From Azolla caroliniana (lineage: Eukaryota; Plantae; Polypodiophyta): 14,542 nt of DNA. The notes below the pieces were generated by a model, which saw nothing but the letters and a program-made list of their open reading frames with translations, was not told the origin of the DNA and searched no databases. The DNA lies in contig JBHGNT010000862.1 of assembly GCA_043228905.1 (NCBI GenBank), positions 1 to 14,542 on the forward strand, in the 5' to 3' direction. Positions 9,701 to 14,542 of the stretch are shown here, piece by piece; position 1 is the first letter of the stretch, and every line of letters starts with the position of its first letter. The translations under genes were made by a program, and so were the position numbers.

Positions 9701-10485
9701 GTCACTCGGAAGGAGTTAATCATGTGGGTGGCTTCAGGGCGTCCTATTAGATAATCGACTGTGCTTTCCCCTCCTCCATGTGGGAAGCATGTGAGCTCTT
9801 CCGAACCTGGCCACTTGGCTAAACCATTATATATGACCATCTGGTGCCGACTACCGAGTTCGAGCAAATGATGGCCAAAGCTCGTGGCGTCTGCACCTTG
9901 ATCCTTTGATTTACGTGTGGTGTCTATGTCTGAAGGATCGACATTTACCATTTCTAGGTTTCTATTCATTTGAAATATTGTGCATTGTCGGGATTGGGTT
10001 CTCGCATTAAAGTCTCCTACAAGGAATACTTCGCCTTGGGAAGAATATCGGATTATGTCATCCGATAGAGGTTCATATGGGGAAGGCCCATGTGGCACTC
10101 CGTCATCAACTGATCTCGCCTCGCCAGCCAGATTATAACGAGAGCCTTTTGGGGGGAAGTAACAAATGGCGAAAATTACTGCCTTGTCCTTGCTTGTGGA
10201 GACTTTCACCCACATAAAACGAGCTTCTGGGTCAGTGCTCAGTATTTCTATCCTATTATGTAGCTCCCTCCGAAACAATATTGCGACACCTCCAGATCCC
10301 CTGGTAGTGCATCGACGTGAGGTTTGTCTAAAAGCCGACTCCCAACGAAATCCTTCGACTCGTGGGAGTCCCCTATTTGGGCTTTGGTGTGTTTCTACTA
10401 GGCAAACTATATCTGATTCCTTTAATATCCCCTCTAGGCGGCCGGGGTGTGTCCAGAGTGCGCCGTTACAATTCCATAAGGTCAT
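6772..10485 (-). CDS. LINE ORF2: APE endonuclease, reverse transcriptase, CCHC zinc knuckle and C-terminal extension
   Basis: 1237 aa from the first ATG at 10485; the frame is open back to the ORF1 stop. EN motifs WNCNG, ETH, YFPP, GDFNA, DY, ADH. RT motifs QAGFR, DHIFTL, FVDFRKAFD, GVKQGCPLSPTLF, YADD (8329-8340), YLG. CX2CX8HX4C at 7243-7296. Confidence 0.95.
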   Translation of the reverse strand: MTLWNCNGALWTHPGRLEGILKESDIVCLVETHQSPNRGLPRVEGFRWESAFRQTSRRCTTRGSGGVAILFRRELHNRIEILSTDPEARFMWVKVSTSKDKAVIFAICYFPPKGSRYNLAGEARSVDDGVPHGPSPYEPLSDDIIRYSSQGEVFLVGDFNARTQSRQCTIFQMNRNLEMVNVDPSDIDTTRKSKDQGADATSFGHHLLELGSRHQMVIYNGLAKWPGSEELTCFPHGGGESTVDYLIGRPEATHMINSFRVTPCPIGADHSFLYFEIKCDISNVTNSSQPRHDITIHFTHELSDIYARHVQAHLSSLDPSLPLESLNTKLTHILHSAAVSSFPYTKHSNQGKVGSMPQNRWYDEDCRCLHRQLTISQLSGSITSVQARKEMRKMTRRKRRAWEASQYWELYHMLMSNDCATAWKRLREPRPQTPIEDPETWHTYTERLYHIPNQPPFPMPSTPRPTVGTLFTTSRVTKVIKKLQHRKSMDHTGLRAEHIIYVRECLAPLLTLIFNRALAEGFPSQWTMNTVAPIHKGGDPMDPNTYRTIMIGHTLAKLYGAVMEAELSEYMETLNLRAPEQAGFRRAFSTIDHIFTLRCLIDQTKARKKKLYCCFVDFRKAFDTVPRERLFDRLKSLRIPDDMVWAIYALYEQVSGCVRCPGGISDSFTSTIGVKQGCPLSPTLFGIYIDEITDFIARKGGNGVVLGDTQVRILLYADDIVLLSESEHDLQRHLNALDDFCTQRGLVVNLGKTKVLIFHTSAQVRAKCHLTISHSPVEVVGSYVYLGVTFSARSGKFSMTQAAKDRLTRGHASLSLLERQCHQAYFQEPRTKGWLFDSLVTPSLMYASAVWAPGLPSFMWTQLERPLVMMLSRQLRSKSSVPHDIIRAEFTLPPMLVEALFQLVVFIHRIHNQPLDRISHQAFKASRALYESGYTSSWYGMMVSWLLANGLDITNLPPLKYDHTNDNTLLSHEDRNKVIRQEIWQIYTRYKWITPLEPLPSKMSYYKEHFMHFSELGFITRPKYLDVFLPHALRVAIGQLRISSHQLEIENGRTNGVPREERICRLCHIEIEDEYHFTCKCPTYAEIRAKYQDILGSSPTLPKLLDTLDIKKLGRYILELKHHRENKLQNVDNNVANVYQHITNEVFQEQGETMNVDTPVPLGLLLDEAENQRRTKRPRMPGFKATRRDVEAIKKIRERELHRLEAMARALYASGPWVTPTPKTFDLPLLFERLGWK

Positions 10486-10521
10486 CCTAAGTGTGTTTTC
10501 TGTCACATGGGCCACACGCCA

Positions 10522-11328
10522 TCAATTAGTAGTGCGATCATTTATGATCACTCGCCCATCTCGATAAAAGGCGCGATGCCCGTCTTTGCGAGCTTGCATA
10601 ACCTTTGGCATACAACTCTTGCGATGCTCAATTTGCATCTTGGTGAGGTCTTCATCGAGATAGATAGGGTCCCCACCCAATCCTCGAAGAATTGGTCTCT
10701 TCTTAAAGAAAGTGATTCTAGAGTCTAAGTCTTTAAATTGAAGAACTAAGGCTCTCTTCCTAGTTGTGTCGCGTCCGGCCCTCCAAGCTTTGGTAATAGG
10801 TAGGGTCGTTGTGTACCCTAACATTTTCCCGAGTGTTTGTGCATCCTCGTCCGGGGATGCACCTTCCTTGAGCCCAGTGACACGCACATTTAGGCGTCGG
10901 GCCTGACGCATTTTCTCCTCTTCGAGGGTGGTATTAACAATATTTTCATCCTTTATTTCTTTTTTAATGTTTCTTTTAACGACATCTACCCAACCCGTTT
11001 TTGCTAATTCTATGTTATTTTTAACCTCCTCTTTAACTTTTTTGATCTCATCTTTTATATCCTCTATGGAGGATGTTTCACCGTCCTCTCGGGATACCTT
11101 GATGTCATTAAGTTGTTGTTTGAGGTTTGTGTTTTCCTCTTTAAGTTTTTCTATTTCGGCCTTGAGGGTGTCTTTTTCCTCTCTATCTTTTTTCTTGTGG
11201 GTTTCGGCGTCTTTCACCCATTTTTTCATATCCGTCTCTATTTTTGTTAAACGGTTAAACATATCCAAAAAGTCCTCCTTACTTATAGCCTCGTCTTGTG
11301 TATCCTTGTGTTCCTTTCGTTTAGACAT
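10522..11328 (-). CDS. LINE ORF1: coiled coil plus RRM/CTD (Transposase_22 / L1-ORF1p type) RNA-binding protein
   Basis: 268 aa. Charged heptad-rich N-terminal half, followed by RRLNVRVTGLKEG...WRAGR...RALVLQF...IYLDEDLT...AFYRDGRVIIN. No CCHC knuckle. Confidence 0.85.
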   Translation of the reverse strand: MSKRKEHKDTQDEAISKEDFLDMFNRLTKIETDMKKWVKDAETHKKKDREEKDTLKAEIEKLKEENTNLKQQLNDIKVSREDGETSSIEDIKDEIKKVKEEVKNNIELAKTGWVDVVKRNIKKEIKDENIVNTTLEEEKMRQARRLNVRVTGLKEGASPDEDAQTLGKMLGYTTTLPITKAWRAGRDTTRKRALVLQFKDLDSRITFFKKRPILRGLGGDPIYLDEDLTKMQIEHRKSCMPKVMQARKDGHRAFYRDGRVIINDRTTN

Positions 11329-11580
11329 TGTAGTGTCAATAAGAAAAGAAAAGAAAAAGGATAAAATAAATGGGTTCGAGACTTAGCCGAGTTTGTGTTA
11401 TGTCGTAGTCACATTGGCATTTCGCACACGACGAGCACGCTAAAAAGAACAAGGATGCGCCGTCAAGAGAAGAAACGTGACACTCGGCAACCTCAAGAAA
11501 CAAGGTGGAGAAGAGCACGGCAACGGCAACGGCGACTACACCAGATGATGACGAACTGCAGTAGGTCGTCCAGCACGCCG

Positions 11581-11650
11581 ACGGACGGCAACAAACGGCA
11601 GCAAACGGCGACGGACGTCAGCAGACGGCAGCAGACGGCGACGGACGTCA
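11581..11650. repeat. GC-rich 10-bp tandem repeat with a 30-bp higher-order unit
   Basis: acggacggca/acaaacggca/gcaaacggcg/acggacgtca/gcagacggca/gcagacggcg/acggacgtca. Degenerate units extend over ~11515-11760. Confidence 0.85.
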
Positions 11651-11823
11651 GAGGCGGCAACGCGGCAACAGACGATAGCAGCGCACGATGGGGGGGGACT
11701 GCAACTCGGTAGCAGGCGGCGACAGACGTCGCAGACGGCAGCGACGACAGCGTGGCGCACGACCGTTGCTGCTGGCGCACGACCGAGAGAGGGAGAGGTG
11801 AGAAAATTGGGATTCAAACCAAA

Positions 11824-12156
11824 GACCCAAGATAAGGTAATAGAACAACTTACCACTAGGGTGAGTTAATTTCTAGTAACAAAAGAAGGAAAAACAGAAA
11901 TAAAATGAGTATATATTTTTCCTTTTTCAAACTGATTCGTTTCCAAATGTTTTCAAATGTTTGTATGCTTGCACAAAAGCATTCATTACGTTCTATGGGA
12001 CCGACGACCCAAGCAATAGTAATAGAACAACTTAACACTAGGGTTAGTTAATTTCTAGTAACAAAAAAAATCAGTATATATTTTTCCCTTTTCAAACTTA
12101 TTCATTTTCAAATGCTTGTATGCTTGCACAAACGCGTTTATTACGCTCTATGGGAC
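11824..12156. repeat. ~180-bp diverged tandem duplication (11824-12005 / 12006-12156)
   Basis: gacccaag...gtaatagaacaactta.cactagggt.agttaatttctagtaacaaaa...tgtatgcttgcacaaa...attacg.tctatgggac occurs twice; the second copy carries deletions. Confidence 0.9.
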
Positions 12157-12206
12157 TCGCATGACGACCTTTCCAAATGGAGAACCAGACTCGTCCATGC
12201 AACGTG

Positions 12207-12727
12207 AGCCGGTTAGGAGCTGGTTGTCCGATTGGGAACCGTATAGGAAGTCTGAATCGGAATGGCAGTCGATCGACCAACGGAGGGCCAATGTGAGGAG
12301 AGTCAGCCAGTAGCTGACTGGCCATTAGTTGAATTGGACGAAAGTCGTTCGGCCTTTAGACAATCTGAACAATGGCCCATACTTGTGTATTAATATATAT
12401 ATATATACACACGCACACACCTAGGACTACTTTTTATGTGTTAGTATTGAAGAGATTCATAGAGATCTGGAGAGGTGTGATCACTGAGTGCTAAGTGAGT
12501 GAGTGAGTGAGTGTATCCATCTAAAAGATGAAAACGAGCTCGAGGTCGTTGCCTTTGATTCTCTTGTATATTCATCCTTATAGCGATTTTGTTTGGAGTT
12601 AGTGGGCTCCTGTGGTTTTTCCCATTCAAGGTTTCCACGTTAAAATGTCGTGTCTCGATGTTTGTGTTTTTTTTTTTGTCTTCCAGTTTTTCAAGATGGA
12701 TGCGGGTGGTCGAGGAGCGTCCGGACA
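12207..12727 (+). mobile_element. 3' part of the split LTR (continuation of 6004-6079)
   Basis: gattttgtttggagttagtgggctcctgtggtttttcccattcaaggtttccacgttaaa (~12585-12644) aligns with the reverse complement of ~5150-5210. It has a (TA)n tract and a likely ...ACA end at 12727. No clear 5-bp TSD. Confidence 0.7.
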
Positions 12728-12829
12728 TTGGCAAAGTGTGAAACCATGTGAAGAAGAATATGCAGATGTGTCAATTGACTTACGACACTTCAATGTGAAA
12801 CCAAGTAAAACGTAGTAGTTGAGAAAGAA

Positions 12830-13070
12830 GGCTGTCTCTCTCGTCTTGCGTCTTGGTTCGGGAACGAGGCTACAGCAGGCTCGAGGTTCGGGATCTGAGG
12901 CTCAGTGAACTGTAGGTTCGGTGGAAAGCTGCAGACTTGGTGAGCTCATCGTTCTTGCTTCTTCTCTGCAAACTCTGCTTCTTCTTCTGCTTCTTCTCCC
13001 CCCTCCTACACTTCCCAAAATTTCTTTCACTCTATTCTGCCTCCCCGCACAGCAAGTAAAACCCCTCATT

Positions 13071-13124
<54 letters not shown>

Positions 13125-13180
13125 TCCCCTACAGGGCCTCTGCCTTCCCCAAAAAGCTTTCGTTTATCTCTCTTCTGGTA
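12830..13180 (+). promoter_or_regulatory. Putative promoter / 5' UTR of a downstream plus-strand gene
   Basis: Pyrimidine-rich Y-patch-like sequence and a (CT)n tract typical of plant 5' UTRs. Candidate donor ctg|GTAAAA at ~13178 followed by T-rich intron-like DNA. No coding exon identified. Confidence 0.35.
13075..13120. repeat. (CT)23 microsatellite
   Basis: Perfect CT run. Confidence 0.98.
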
Positions 13181-13268
13181 AAACCTCTGCTCATTTTTTC
13201 TCCCGTTAAACAGTGAAATTTGATAACAATTTCCTTCTCTCTGTTGACAGTTTTGATGTCTTCCTCTT

Positions 13269-13416
13269 TTTTCCTTGTGTTTCCTCCTCAAAAGGTTCCT
13301 TTTTCCTTTGAGGATCCATTTTGTCCCAATCTCTGTTCTGACTTTTCCTTGTGTTTCCTCCTCAAAAGGTTCCTTTTTCCTTTGAGGATCCAGTTTGTCC
13401 CAATCTCTGTTCTGAC
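13269..13416. repeat. 74-bp near-perfect tandem duplication (1 mismatch)
   Basis: ttttccttgtgtttcctcctcaaaaggttcctttttcctttgaggatcca(t/g)tttgtcccaatctctgttctgac x2. Confidence 0.97.
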
Positions 13417-14149
13417 TAAAAGCTTAACGTAATTAGCGAGAAATGCCTTTTATATACTAATTTGCTTCAATTTCCTTGCAATTTCAGATGATTCCTTTTA
13501 GGTTCTCAGCATGATTTCCCATAACTGTTGAATTGCTTCGACAAAGCTAATTCTTATTCAAATTTGAGTCAATTTCTTTTGTTTTGGCTTCGAAAACTGG
13601 GAAGCTGACAAGATGTGAGTAATTTAAAGACCCATATGTAGTTTATTTGTTATATAGCTTGTTTTCATATGAATTTAGGGTTGAGTAGCTCACAATATTG
13701 TCAAAATTATGGTTGTTTGAACAAGCATCTAGATGTTACTTTTTTACATAGTTTTCCCAGATGGAAGGTTGTATAGAAGAACCTTACGTAATGAAAAAAA
13801 TTTAGTTGTTTGTATATGCATATCTCATTTGGATCTTTTATCCCAAATATTTGTGTGGGTGTAATTCTTTTCCAAGAAGATTACAATGAATACATAGAAG
13901 TGAAAATTATTAAATTTTTTTTAAACTTTATTAACAAGTTTTCTTAATGCTACCGTATGTTTGATTCTTATCATGCTTGTATCACCAAAGGTATATATAT
14001 GCGACAATTCAAATTTCTTTAACATAAAGAGTTATATAATGATAAACACGAAGATTGTAGATGTGATACTATTTTTGCGAAGATCACTATGGACGTATGC
14101 ATATTAAAATCTTAAAAATTTTCATGGATATAAAGATGTAACAATAACC

Positions 14150-14542
14150 TAGTAAAATAATATTGTCTTCCCAGCCCCGCCTTAAACAAACGAGCAAGAT
14201 ACCATCGGTTTTCTTTTTTCCAAATATAGCACGAGACACTAAAGTTATAGATACGTTCATATTTAAAATATAAGTGGAAAAAAACACTAGTGAGACCTTG
14301 GGAGAAATAAAAAGGGTCAAAGAATGGTAGATCGTTACCTAGTAAGAAGAACATAAAAGTGACTAATAAGATAGTGGCAAGAGAGATGTAGAACTCCTCA
14401 ACAAAGACCCCCATAACCCATTATCTCTTTGGAAATTGACGAAAAGGAAACTCCACGGTTTCTCTGATAGCAACCATGGTTAGTAAAGTAAGTTAGTTTT
14501 TGTGTAGGCGATGGTGGGAAGGATGTTGGAGGCAAAATTGTG
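14150..14542 (-). pseudogene. Possible highly degenerate L1 zf-RVT / 3'-end relic running off the window
   Basis: Minus-strand frames give NILPT, ETVE.PFRQFPK (cf. ETVEHLF..CP) and CYIWKK/..DGI (cf. IWKERN..IF) in the expected order, but in different frames. Confidence 0.35.

Larger units (their letters stand above)
6591..11494 (-). mobile_element. Apparently full-length, intact two-ORF non-LTR retrotransposon (RTEX/RTE-group-like)
   Basis: ORF1 and ORF2 both uninterrupted, a short 3' UTR with a stem-loop and a (CTTT)6 tail, and a self-complementary 5' UTR. Candidate 6-bp TSD AAGAAA (6592-6597 / 11495-11500). The 5' boundary is uncertain (alternative ~11466). Clade assigned from motifs only. 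Confidence 0.85.
6080..12206. mobile_element. Probable non-autonomous DNA transposon (hAT- or MULE-like) inserted in the LTR; ~1.2 kb once the nested LINE is removed
   Basis: Flanked by (G)AGTCGGTT 6071-6079 and (G)AGCCGGTT 12206-12214, an 8-9-bp TSD with 1 mismatch. Inverted octamer GTTGCATG (6077-6084) / CATGCAAC (12196-12203). Weak further inverted similarity between 6085-6130 and 12100-12152. No transposase seen. Confidence 0.45.

Noticed and set aside
7814-11386. Plus-strand ORFs antisense to the LINE (7814-8134, 8546-8830, 8864-9142, 10166-10567, 10507-10728, 10928-11386); possible ORF0-like gene
   Set aside because: Typical shadows of long coding frames. The S/F/L-rich 152-aa ORF is simply the reverse complement of K/E-rich codons.
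11405-11470. Hammerhead or HDV-like ribozyme in the LINE 5' UTR (UUGACG...GCGAAA)
   Set aside because: The CUGANGA core is not matched, and no P1/P3/P1.1 nested pseudoknot could be fitted by eye.
11395-11856. Several overlapping ORFs on both strands
   Set aside because: Produced by the stop-poor, GC-rich decamer repeat.
11581-12156. CRISPR-like or other prokaryotic array
   Set aside because: The repeats are contiguous with no unique spacers, and the context is a spliced eukaryotic gene plus plant transposons.
5999-12732. 5-bp TSD proving the split LTR is a solo LTR
   Set aside because: The flanks CTTTT and TTGGC do not match, so solo-LTR status and the exact right end remain unproven.
12902-13432. 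ORFs with RERERE / SLSLSL runs and duplicated segments
   Set aside because: Artefacts of the (CT)23 microsatellite and the 74-bp duplication.
14112-14414. Hydrophobic 100-aa minus-strand ORF, possible organellar insertion
   Set aside because: No recognisable plastid or mitochondrial gene; better explained as a decayed L1 3' end.
14461-14472. PBS-like TCTCTGATAGCA
   Set aside because: 10/12 match but with a mismatch in the essential TGG end, and no adjacent LTR terminus or gag.

Overview
Eukaryotic land-plant DNA; the copia Gag suggests a fern or bryophyte (inference only). The window opens with the last two exons of a signal recognition particle receptor beta gene (248-379, 549-738). About 11 kb of nested transposons follow. 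First come an old RTE/RTEX-like LINE relic (~1440-2445, +) and a decayed Ty1/copia 5' end (gag, tRNA-iMet PBS, LTR; -). That LTR is interrupted by a 5'-truncated plant L1 with poly(A) and a perfect 16-bp TSD (3166-4840, +) and by the 3' end of a second copia (pol tail, PPT, 563-bp LTR; -). A related LTR in the opposite orientation is split at 6079/12207 by a probable non-autonomous DNA transposon. Inside that insert sits an apparently full-length, intact ~4.9-kb two-ORF non-LTR retrotransposon (~6591-11494, -). This LINE has a coiled-coil/RRM ORF1 unlike plant L1 ORF1, and an APE-RT-CCHC ORF2 with a ~110-aa C-terminal extension. It also has a structured 5' UTR, a 3' stem-loop and a (CTTT)n tail. 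Its ORF1/ORF2 junction is unusual: an 11-codon mini-ORF links the ORF1 stop (TGATG) to the ORF2 start (TAG-G-ATG). The right end looks like the pyrimidine-rich 5' UTR/intron of another gene, plus a weak L1 relic. All family assignments come from motif recognition, not database searches.
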